Shown in pieces: positions 7,802 through 17,300 of a DNA stretch of 25,405 bases (positions within the stretch are counted from its first letter, which is position 1; each line of letters starts with the position of its first letter). Origin of the DNA: Promethearchaeota archaeon. Lineage in GTDB: Archaea > Asgardarchaeota > Lokiarchaeia > Sigyniarchaeales > SOKP01. Under the pieces are notes generated by a model, which saw nothing but the letters and a program-made list of their open reading frames with translations, was not told the DNA's origin and did not search any database. The translations under genes and the position numbers were made by a program. The stretch spans positions 1-25,405 of the forward strand of contig JAEOTP010000008.1 in assembly GCA_016839765.1 (NCBI GenBank), read 5' to 3'.

Positions 7802-8833
7802 ATGGCTGACGATTTAACACTAGTCATAATTATAATTCTTATTGTATTAGCAATTGGACTTGCATTTTCTATAGGAGCAAACGATGAAACATTAGCCACT
7901 TTAGTAGGTGCAGGAGTAGTAAAATTTAAAATTGCCTTGATAATAGGAGGTGTTGCTCTTGGAGGTGGTATGATTGCTTTTAGTTCTGGGTTTGTAGCAA
8001 AAACAGTTGGTTCAGATATTCTGGGTGAAGGAATCACCTATACAACATTTATGTTATTAACCGTTTTAATAAGTAGCATTCTCTGGTTAATAATTGGGAG
8101 TTTTGCAGGGATTCCTTTAAGTAGTACGCATTCCTTACTTGGTAGTGTAGTCGGTGTTTTAATTGTATATGCAATCTCTCAAGGGGGAGTAAATACTGAA
8201 ACAGCATTAAATTGGGATAAACTAAGCAATATAATTCTCAGTTGGTTCTTATCTCCCTTATTCGGTTTGATAATTACTTATCTTTTATTCAAAATTATAG
8301 CAAAAACATATTTATCAAAATTAAAAGGATTAAATCAAATTGAAAAATCAGAAAGATATTTTAAATGGTTTTTGCTTGGGAGCGTTGTATTTGCAGAGAT
8401 TTGGGTAGGAGCAAATTCAGGGGAAGCGTTAGGCATTCTTTATGGTCTACTGAATAATGGGTCATTAAATTTAGGACAGTACTTTTTCTTTGCAATATTG
8501 TGTGGGATATTTGCATTTTTAGGAATTTTTATAGCAGCTAGATACGTAATAAGGAATTTAGCTTCTCAAATGACTGACGCTCGTCCAAGTGAAGGGCTTA
8601 TTACCCAATCAAGTTCCTCAATAATTTTAATGATCGCTACATTGTTTGGTTTACCAATTTCTCATAGTCACGTTATCGTTTTTTGTATAATTGGTATGAA
8701 TAAAGCACAGAAAAAAGAAGTTGATCTCAAAAATTTAGGAAAAATGGCGATATATTGGGTATTAACTTTCCCGATAGCAGGTATTATGGCGGGATTTCTT
8801 TATTTTGGATTAAATCTAATTGGATTAGTCTAA
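7802..8833 (+). CDS. Inorganic phosphate transporter, PiT family
   Basis: GAND signature, GIPLSSTH and GLPISHSH motifs, multiple TM helices, flanked by DUF47 genes. Confidence 0.92.
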   Translation: MADDLTLVIIIILIVLAIGLAFSIGANDETLATLVGAGVVKFKIALIIGGVALGGGMIAFSSGFVAKTVGSDILGEGITYTTFMLLTVLISSILWLIIGSFAGIPLSSTHSLLGSVVGVLIVYAISQGGVNTETALNWDKLSNIILSWFLSPLFGLIITYLLFKIIAKTYLSKLKGLNQIEKSERYFKWFLLGSVVFAEIWVGANSGEALGILYGLLNNGSLNLGQYFFFAILCGIFAFLGIFIAARYVIRNLASQMTDARPSEGLITQSSSSIILMIATLFGLPISHSHVIVFCIIGMNKAQKKEVDLKNLGKMAIYWVLTFPIAGIMAGFLYFGLNLIGLV

Positions 8834-8886
8834 TAAAATATATATAGCATATAGTAATATAAAGAACATTAAAAAAGAAAATTTGA

Positions 8887-9573
8887 ATGGTTAAAATGGG
8901 ATCATTGATTGAGTTTTTGAAAAGAAAAACCGCATTAAATGTTTTAGAAAAAACTATCAAACATGCTCAAATTGTACAACAGTGTGTCAAGGAATTAGAA
9001 ATTGGAATAAATTTTTTACTTAACGAGAAGGATCTTCAAAAAGCTCATGATAATTTGCATAAAGTCGATCTTCTCGAAGGTGATGCCGATAAATTAAGAA
9101 GAGAGATTCAAAGAGATGTATCTCAAGGAGAATTAGATCCAAGTGTACGACAAAATCTATCTCATTTAATTAAGAGAATGGATGATGTCGCAAATTGCTG
9201 CACTGGAGTAGCTCGGAGAATAAATACAATACCTATAAAATTTTGGGAACAGAGTAACGCAGAAACTATAAGTTTAGTTACTGAAATGATGAAATCTACC
9301 GTAGAATGCTCCCGTTTTTTAGATAAAATTGTAATAGATTTATTAGAAGAAAGAAAAAATATAAAAGAATATGCTCGGCAAATAAATCAATATGAACATA
9401 AGATAGATATTTTGAATATTAAGCTGAGAAAAAGTTTACAAGAAACAAAGTATGATGTAAATTATTTTACAGCTTTCACAGCAGGCAATGTTTTTGATAT
9501 AATTGAGGCTATTTCAGATGCAATTGAAGGTGTTGCGGATTATATAATGATATTATTAACAAGTGCCGTATAA
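8887..9573 (+). CDS. DUF47 family (PhoU-like) phosphate transport regulator
   Basis: LEGDADKLRREI, MDDVAN, YEHKID and IEAISDAIEGVAD acidic repeats typical of DUF47; follows the PiT gene. Confidence 0.88.
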   Translation: MVKMGSLIEFLKRKTALNVLEKTIKHAQIVQQCVKELEIGINFLLNEKDLQKAHDNLHKVDLLEGDADKLRREIQRDVSQGELDPSVRQNLSHLIKRMDDVANCCTGVARRINTIPIKFWEQSNAETISLVTEMMKSTVECSRFLDKIVIDLLEERKNIKEYARQINQYEHKIDILNIKLRKSLQETKYDVNYFTAFTAGNVFDIIEAISDAIEGVADYIMILLTSAV

Positions 9574-9664
9574 AATAACCGCAACAATTAAATTTTCTTC
9601 TTAATGTAAGTTATTAAATTTTTGTATCTAATTATTCTAATTAAATAAGTAATTAAAAATAAAA

Positions 9665-10201
9665 TTAAGCAGCAGATCGCTTAATAACATCTACTAATCC
9701 TTTTTTATGAAGCTTTTCCATCATTTTTTCAATCTCTTCCACGGGTTTCTGATTTATTTGGGCAACCTGTACAAGAGTATTCCTCCCATCACACACTTTT
9801 AGAACTTTGTATTCATTCATAGAAAGCATTCCTAACTGAACACTTAGGGGAGTGACTTCCTTTATAACTACAGGGATTCTTACCTCACCACCCTCCTCTA
9901 TAGTCTTGGCTCCCATATCGGACATACTTGGAGTCTCACCAAAGAAGGATCGTACACCAGTAATATCATAATTTTCATTAATGTATATATAAATAGTATG
10001 CTCTTCCCCAGAGAGATCATCGAGTTCATCAGGGTCTGGATAAAGATTTCGATGTTTATATTCTTTTGTATAAATCCCCATTTTAAGACCATTTATAATT
10101 TCTTTTTTATCAAGCCTTAGCGCTACCATATCCTGGCATATATCACAATAACCCCAAGCCTCTATGAGGCTGAAATATTTTCTAACTTTATTCTCTGGTA
10201 T
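9665..10201 (-). CDS. Putative Zn-binding plus C-terminal winged-helix protein, 178 aa (track ORF extended 24 codons to an ATA start)
   Basis: Frame is open upstream of the track ATG: (I/M)PENKVRKYFSLIEAWGYCDICQD-MVAL. SD GGTGAG (10208-10213) lies 6 nt before ATA at 10201. C-terminal EYKVLKVCDGRNTLVQVA...LHKKGLV is wHTH-like. The gene is well supported; the exact start is less certain. Confidence 0.78.
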   Translation of the reverse strand: MPENKVRKYFSLIEAWGYCDICQDMVALRLDKKEIINGLKMGIYTKEYKHRNLYPDPDELDDLSGEEHTIYIYINENYDITGVRSFFGETPSMSDMGAKTIEEGGEVRIPVVIKEVTPLSVQLGMLSMNEYKVLKVCDGRNTLVQVAQINQKPVEEIEKMMEKLHKKGLVDVIKRSAA

Positions 10202-10454
10202 TGAATTCTCACCTTTCCTATAATTTGGTTTAGTTCTGCAAAAATATGAATATAGTATATATACTAATTATGTTGTTTATTAATTTAAAATTTAATTGAC
10301 TAATTATATATAAAATAGTATTAGCCCTTTTATAGTAATTTTAATTTTAATGTTACTTTGAAGAAAATTTAAAATTCACACATCATAACCGAAAATAATT
10401 AAAGTTATAGGCTATTTTATAATCCATTAAAGTTTACACAGTTCAATAATACTT

Positions 10455-10631
10455 ATGTCAAGTTTTAAAAAGAATATGTGTTTTTCATGTGGACGACCTA
10501 TTGCGCCTTATGAAGGGGCAGTACATTTTCCTTGCCCTCAATGTGGAGATGTAACCATTTGGAGATGCGAACGCTGTAGAACTATGGGAAATACATATCG
10601 ATGTCTTAAATGTGAGTTTGAAGGCCCTTAG
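10455..10631 (+). CDS. Zn-ribbon protein, DUF1610 / HVO_2753-like, 58 aa; not in the ORF track
   Basis: MSSFKKNMCFSCGRPIAPYEGAVHFPCPQCGDVTIWRCERCRTMGNTYRCLKCEFEGP: four CxxC motifs, terminal FEGP, and the usual archaeal position immediately upstream of EF-1beta. Confidence 0.93.
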   Translation: MSSFKKNMCFSCGRPIAPYEGAVHFPCPQCGDVTIWRCERCRTMGNTYRCLKCEFEGP

Positions 10632-10665
10632 GCGCTCTAGTAAAAGAGAAATAAAAGTGATTGAA

Positions 10666-10932
10666 ATGGGAGAGTTTGTAGCTTTAATTGATGTAGTTCC
10701 AGAAGATACTGATGTTGAATTTGAAGGGTTTGTGAATAAATTAAAAAAAGTTCTTCCTGAAACTTGTACCATTGAACATTATGAAATCATACCAGTAGCA
10801 TTTGGTCTTAAAAAAGCAAGGCTTCGCGTGAGATATCCTGACGAATGGGGAGGTACGGATAAAGTTGAAGAACTATTAGGTCAAGTTGAAGGGATACAAG
10901 GAATAGAAGGTATTGCGTTTTCAAAAGCATAG
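10666..10932 (+). CDS. ef1b: Archaeal translation elongation factor 1-beta (start corrected to MGEFVAL)
   Basis: PEDTDV, PVAFGLKK and GGTDKVEE motifs; SD-like GTGAT at 10657-10661. The track start at 10612 overlaps the Zn-ribbon gene. Confidence 0.93.
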   Translation: MGEFVALIDVVPEDTDVEFEGFVNKLKKVLPETCTIEHYEIIPVAFGLKKARLRVRYPDEWGGTDKVEELLGQVEGIQGIEGIAFSKA

Positions 10933-10969
10933 AGTAAGACTTAATTTATTTTCATTAAATTTTTATTTA

Positions 10970-11467
10970 TTAATTCCCATCTTGAGGTAAGACTTGATAT
11001 TTCAACCATTCTAGCTCATCCTTTTTAATGAGTTCTTTAATAAAGGGAATAGAGTAAAAACTTGAATTATTCTTGTAATGATTTTTAAAGCTTCCAAGTA
11101 TTTCGTGCGCTTCATAGATTTTACCAGATTCGAGTAAGATATCATATATTTTTTTAATCATCTTACCAGATTCTTCAATTTCAGTAGAGAAATATACTTT
11201 TTGAACTTTTTCTGCTACTTTTTTCATAAATTTTTCTTGTTCCTGCATATATGAATCCATATTATTTTTTATTGTCAATCTAATGATTTTTTCAGCGTAA
11301 TCAATAGCATCCTCATAATTACCATTTAATAAAGAATTTTCTTCCAAGATCTTCAAGTCATTAATATCTGATAGAATATCAAATTTAGGGTCCCTTATTG
11401 AAACCTTTTCTCCTTCACTTTCTACTTCTTTTTCCTTTAATGTTTTTTTCTTAATTAACTTTTTCAT
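10970..11467 (-). CDS. Hypothetical helical (TPR-like) protein, 165 aa
   Basis: Long ORF; helical hairpin patterns NYEDAIDYAEKII and KIYEAHEIL; no family recognised. Confidence 0.75.
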   Translation of the reverse strand: MKKLIKKKTLKEKEVESEGEKVSIRDPKFDILSDINDLKILEENSLLNGNYEDAIDYAEKIIRLTIKNNMDSYMQEQEKFMKKVAEKVQKVYFSTEIEESGKMIKKIYDILLESGKIYEAHEILGSFKNHYKNNSSFYSIPFIKELIKKDELEWLKYQVLPQDGN

Positions 11468-11600
11468 TTCAATATTCCTATAAATTATTTTTACTAAATT
11501 CCAAATTAAATGTTAACTATTCCTATTAAAAAATCTTAATTTTAATATTTATGTCTTAATTTTTCGGAGGATATGAATAAAAAAAGATTTCAAAATGATC

Positions 11601-13487
11601 CTACGTAACACGTTTGAATAATTTATCTAACTCTTTAATTGATATAAACTTTAATGTTGGTCTTCCGTGTGCGCAATGAAAGGGATCTTTACATTTAGCC
11701 AAATCAATTAAAAGTTTTCTTATATTAACAATAGATAAATCATCTCCCCCACGAATACTTTTATGGCAGGCTAAATAATTAATAACATTGTCCTTTATTT
11801 CAGAAAAACTCTTATCTTTGCCAATTTCAGCAATATCTCCAATAATTTCTTTTATTATTTCTGCTTTTGGTAATTTTTGGATGATTGTAGGCAATTTTCT
11901 GAGAATAAAGGTATTTCCCCCGAAATGTTCAAATTTAAATCCTAATTTGTTTATTTCATTTAAATTTGAAAATAAAAAAAACCTTTCACTTGGGGATACT
12001 TCAATCTTTAGTGGGGAAATGAGCTTCTGTATTTTTTTTTTAGTATTGTCATATAATCTATGAAAATATTCCTTATTGACTCTTTCAGAAGCAGCATGCT
12101 GATCTAAAATATACATTCCCGCCTCTCCATTTTCATTTACGCCTTCTAGTAAAATATAAACCTTATTGCTCAGTTGCCCCGTTTTAGAAATTAATCGAAG
12201 TTTAGGAAAATTTTCTGAGATTATATATTTTTCCCTTAGATAAATCTCCTGTAAATATTCTTTTTCAGTAGTCTTATCGACTATTTGATCTGTTAAATCT
12301 AATTGTATTGATTTTTGAGTTTCATCTATGATGGATAAAGTTTTGTTTTCATCAGTTTCCTCAGTGATTTCCTGAATATTTTTAATAGATTCAAGAGCAT
12401 CTTCAGATTCTATCCATAAATCCAACTTAGATTTTTCATCTCTATCTGAGATAAATTGTCTAATTTCAGTTTCAAGATATTTATCTTGTTTTTTAATAAA
12501 GTATTCATCAATAAAATCTCGGATAATATTATATACCTTATTATAAATAAAATCCTCGTCTTCAAATCTGATATGTAACTTTTTCGGATGGATATTACAG
12601 TCAATAATAGCAGGATTTATATCTAAAAATAGAATAAAAAAAGGATATTTTCCTATCATCAATATATCTTTATATGCTTCTTGCACAGCCCTGAATAAGA
12701 GATCACTAGTAATATAGCGATTATTGACAAATAAACAGGAATATGTTCTACTTTTTTTAGAGATTTCAGCACTTCCAAGCAATCCATGCAATCCTAATTT
12801 ATCTTCACTATAATCAATTGGTTCCATATGTTTAGCAATAATTTTGCCATAAATATGAAAAACAGTTGTTTTTAAATCATTTTGAGCCGGACAATTAAGT
12901 ATAGTAAGGTCATTGTGGATATAGATAAAATGAAGAAATGGAAATGCTAATGAATATCTCTGTATAATGTCTGTAATATGCCCCAATTCTGTATTATCTT
13001 TTTTCAGAAACTTTTTTCTAGCTGGAATATTATAAAATAGATTTTTTACTCTAATATTAGTACCAACAGGGCAAGAAATTTCATCCTTCTGAATAGTTTT
13101 CCCTCCTTCAATAAGTAACCTTACTCCTAAGTCGTTTTCCTTAAATCTCGAAATTATTTCAACTTGGCTAACAGCAGCTATGCTTGCGAGTGCTTCTCCT
13201 CTAAAACCTAAAGTATTTAAATTATCCAAATCCTCTATTCTCCTTATTTTGCTGCTAGTATGCCTATCAAAAGCAATTTCAATTTCATCTCGTGGGATAC
13301 CTATTCCATCATCTATAACTTGTATTAAGGATTTTCCTGCCTTTTTTATAACAATACGTATTTCCTTTGCTCCCGCATCAATACTATTTTCAATTAACTC
13401 TTTCACTACATTTGCTGGTCTTTCGACAACCTCTCCTGCTGCAATCTTTTCAGCATCAATTATCTTTTGAATTCTTGAATATTTCAA
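11601..13487 (-). CDS. mutL: DNA mismatch repair endonuclease MutL (TTG start)
   Basis: IAAGEVVERP, KELIENSIDAGA and GFRGEALASI (GHKL ATPase); endonuclease motifs DQHAASERVNKE, ACHKSIR and CAHGRP. Confidence 0.97.
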   Translation of the reverse strand: MKYSRIQKIIDAEKIAAGEVVERPANVVKELIENSIDAGAKEIRIVIKKAGKSLIQVIDDGIGIPRDEIEIAFDRHTSSKIRRIEDLDNLNTLGFRGEALASIAAVSQVEIISRFKENDLGVRLLIEGGKTIQKDEISCPVGTNIRVKNLFYNIPARKKFLKKDNTELGHITDIIQRYSLAFPFLHFIYIHNDLTILNCPAQNDLKTTVFHIYGKIIAKHMEPIDYSEDKLGLHGLLGSAEISKKSRTYSCLFVNNRYITSDLLFRAVQEAYKDILMIGKYPFFILFLDINPAIIDCNIHPKKLHIRFEDEDFIYNKVYNIIRDFIDEYFIKKQDKYLETEIRQFISDRDEKSKLDLWIESEDALESIKNIQEITEETDENKTLSIIDETQKSIQLDLTDQIVDKTTEKEYLQEIYLREKYIISENFPKLRLISKTGQLSNKVYILLEGVNENGEAGMYILDQHAASERVNKEYFHRLYDNTKKKIQKLISPLKIEVSPSERFFLFSNLNEINKLGFKFEHFGGNTFILRKLPTIIQKLPKAEIIKEIIGDIAEIGKDKSFSEIKDNVINYLACHKSIRGGDDLSIVNIRKLLIDLAKCKDPFHCAHGRPTLKFISIKELDKLFKRVT

Positions 13488-13607
13488 TTTATCTCTAGAT
13501 TTTACTTTTAACTCAAAATTTTATAATTTAATCAGACTAATATATTTCACATAATTAACAAATATAAAAAAATACTCTATTAAGATTTAAATAATTTTTA
13601 ACTCGAG

Positions 13608-14357
13608 TTGTTTCTTTTGGTAATTATAAAAATTTTCCAAAATAAGCAAGAAATGGGAGATGCTGCAGCACAAATGGCTGCAAAGATTCTACAAGAAGTT
13701 CTCCAATCTAAAAATAAAGCATGTTTTATCGCAGCAACAGGGGCTTCTCAATTCGAATTTTTAGATGCTCTATGTAACCATGATGAAATTAACTGGAAAA
13801 AAACCGAAATGTTTCATTTAGATGAATATTTAGGCTTACCAGCAAATCATCCCGCTAGCTTTAGGAACTATTTAAAAAAGCGGCTTGTAGATAAAGTAAA
13901 ACTTGGAAAAGTTTTTTTCATTCAAGGAGATGCCCCAAACCCAATATATGAGTGCAAACGAATTAGTGATCTTATTTCTAAAAGAAAGATTGATGTAGCT
14001 TTCGTAGGTATGGGGGAAAATGGGCACCTTGCTTTTAATGATCCTCCAGCAGATTTCAAAACCAAAGAACCTTATATTGTTGTAAGCTTGGATGCTAAAT
14101 GCCGAAAACAGCAATTTAATGAAGGATGGTTTAAATCTATTGAGGAAGTACCAAAAAAAGCAATCACTATGTCAATTAATGAGATAATGAGAGCCAAAAA
14201 TATTATTTGTACTTGTCCTGATGAAAGAAAGGCTGAAGCTGTTCGGAACTGTTTGTCTGATAAAGCTAAAATTAGTCCTGAGAATCCAGCATCAATATTG
14301 AAAAATCATCCTCGAGTAATGTGCTATTTAGATAGATATTCTTCTTCTCTTCTTTAA
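13608..14357 (+). CDS. nagB: Glucosamine-6-phosphate deaminase/isomerase family (start may be a few codons downstream)
   Basis: ATGASQ, FHLDEYLGL, HPASF and GMGENGHLAFNDP motifs. Confidence 0.88.
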   Translation: MFLLVIIKIFQNKQEMGDAAAQMAAKILQEVLQSKNKACFIAATGASQFEFLDALCNHDEINWKKTEMFHLDEYLGLPANHPASFRNYLKKRLVDKVKLGKVFFIQGDAPNPIYECKRISDLISKRKIDVAFVGMGENGHLAFNDPPADFKTKEPYIVVSLDAKCRKQQFNEGWFKSIEEVPKKAITMSINEIMRAKNIICTCPDERKAEAVRNCLSDKAKISPENPASILKNHPRVMCYLDRYSSSLL

Positions 14358-14359
14358 CT

Positions 14360-17300
14360 TTAAAGATTTTCCAATTTTTCCTTAACTTTAATTAATTTCT
14401 TCAGTGCGTCTAATGGAGTTAAAGAGTTGATGTCAATATCTGTTAGTAATTTAACTAATCTCATTAAATCTTCATCAAGTACCTTTTCTTTAACATCAAT
14501 TGGTTTAAATAAAGAGGTTTGTACATATTTTTTCGTTTTTTTAGGTTTTGACTCTTTTTTAATGCTACTAATCTCAGACTTTAATTTCTCGATTTCATAA
14601 GTTTTTTTACCTATTTCTTTTTCTTTTTCGGAAATTTCTTCTTCGCAAATACCTAATTCTTGATGCTTTGTTTCGAGTTCGAAGTTTAATTTCTCTAACT
14701 CTTTTAGCTTTTCACTTACAAGCTTATCATGATATTTTCCATAACGCGCTCCATTGCCATTTTCTCTAACTGTTGCTCTAAATGGGTCTTTTTCTTCTAT
14801 TTGATCCAAAATTTCAAAAGCTCTTATGATGACATCATCAGGAATTCCAGCTAATTTCGCTACATTTATGCCATAAGACTTATCAGTACTCCCTGGTTTT
14901 AACTTTCTTACAAAATTGATAGTTCCGTCCTCGTTTTCTATGATATCAAGATGGTAATTCTTAATTCGTGTTAAATTTATCTCTGTTAATTGATGATAGT
15001 GAGTACTAAAAAGTGTTTTAGCCTTTAATTCGTGGAGCTTTTCTAGAGTAGCCATAGCAATGCTCTGACCATCACTAGTACTTGTTCCTCTACCAAGCTC
15101 ATCAATAATAATAAGGCTTTTGGGAGTAGCATAATGCAAAATTTTCGCTGTTTCTGTCATTTCAATCATAAAGGTACTCAATCTTCTCGCTAAATCATCT
15201 GAGGCTCCTATACGCGTAAAAATTTGATCAATAACTCCTATTGTCGCCGATTTTGCAGGAACAAAACATCCCATCTGAGTAATTATGCAAATTAAAGCAA
15301 CTTGTCTCAGGAAAGTAGAATTATGATTTATAATACCATTGCCTACAAAATTATGTGAATCTGGAATGCTAAAATCATATAGCTCAGCTTTAGAATTTTT
15401 TATTTTTTCTATTTTATCATAAAAAAAATAATTTTCCTGTATATCAATTAACTCTTTATGCTCAATTTTGTATTTTTGACAATATTCAATCAATTTCTTT
15501 AATTTATCGAAAGATATATTTCTATTTTGAGGAATATAGGAATAAAAGATTCCACTAATCTTCTTATTATACTTCAATTTATCCTTATGTGGAATATTCG
15601 CACTATTTTCTACAATTCTTTTTTGAATAGTTTTTAATAAATCCTCCAAAAATGGAACACTATTGATATTTGTCATACGAGTAGGACTTGATAACTCTTT
15701 TCTCTCAGTTTTTCTCGGTAGTCTAAAATTAATTTCTTGATAGAATTTAATTGAATCTTCACCATAGAGATTTATATTATAAATAACCCTTCCAGAAGTC
15801 TTCTTAGGCTTCAAAGTACTAATTATTCCAAAATTTAATAATATAACATGGATCTGGGAAGCTAATCTCTTTGAAGTAGTAGAATAAGATACATTTCCAT
15901 ATCTCTTATCTGCTGTTCCATCTGTATCAAATAAACCCTGAAGGAAATTTATAATAATTTTCTTTGGAGCTTTAAGGATAATATCAGGAATAACCTTTTG
16001 ATGAGCTTTTACATAACCAAGCCCTAAATGAAATATGAAGTCTCTTATATAAAGACTGGAAACAAAATGCTCTGATCTATCAAATTTTTTAGATTTCACA
16101 TCATAATTAAATAGTTTTTTATTTATTCGATAAAATTCTCTTTTTAGAAATTCATCTTTCGATGTAAAACTATAACTATTTTTATATGTTAGAGTTCCAT
16201 CTCCAATTAATAATCCCATTAAATATGCTAAATCCTCATCTAATTTATCAGGAATTTTATATTTTAATACACCCTCAGGGAATACTGGTGTTGCAATTTC
16301 ATAATTGGGTGGTTCATATTCGATAGAAAGCTTATTACCCCATAAATTATTTTTTCGATTAATAATTAGAAAATCTTTTTTAGTAATTTTAGATAATTTT
16401 TTCCATTCCTCTTTACCTAAAGGTGTTCTGACTAAAATAGGATGATTTATTGACCCCTCAATTGTATATCCTAATTTTGACACAATTTTTATTGAGGGTT
16501 TTATTCCATCTGAGTAGAAATGAGAAGTTTTAACAATACCATTATTTCCAATAAGAATAATCTCTGAATCTTTAAAAGTCTCATCTAAGATGTTATCCGG
16601 TTTGAATGAGATTATAGGAAGAATCCCCTTTTCAGTAAAAAGCAATGTATCTTTATGAACACATTTACCTGCCATATTTGGACCAGTTATTACTAAAATT
16701 TGGTCTTTTTCAGTATCCAAATAGCAATCATTAGGTATAAATTTATCAGACAAATTAATTTGTTCCACAACGGCATGTCTTCCATCTTTTATAATTATCT
16801 TATCTTCATTGTTAATCACGGGGCGACAGTAATTATATTGTTCAGCAATCTCCGCAAAACATGCCATAACATCTATGAAGGCAATATTTTTTGCGGTTTC
16901 TAAAATATTTACCGTTTCTTGTAATACTTTTTCTCGTATCCTACAATAAACTTCATATTCTAAATCGTTTATCTGTTCTTCTGCTTGTATTATTTTTTCT
17001 TCAAGTTGCTTTAACTTTGCTGTGGTAAATCGTTTCGCATTTTTAAGAGTCTGCCTTTCTATAAATTCTTCAGGCAACTTTGGAATAGATTTAAGAGTAT
17101 TTAGTGTAATTTGAATATAATATCCAAGAATATTATTATGACCAACTTTGAAACCAGAATTTAACCTCCATCTCGATTTTTGCTCATTTTCATATTCAAG
17201 AACGTATTTTTTCCCGTTATTAAGGATATCTCTTAAATCATCTATTTCTTCATTAAAACCGTACTTTATAATATTTCCTTCTCTTATAGTGGTAGGTGGT

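Noticed and set aside
7765-10772. Track ORFs 7765-8037, 9898-10092 and 10485-10772
   Set aside because: Overlap PiT, the wHTH gene and Zn-ribbon/EF-1beta; no independent support.
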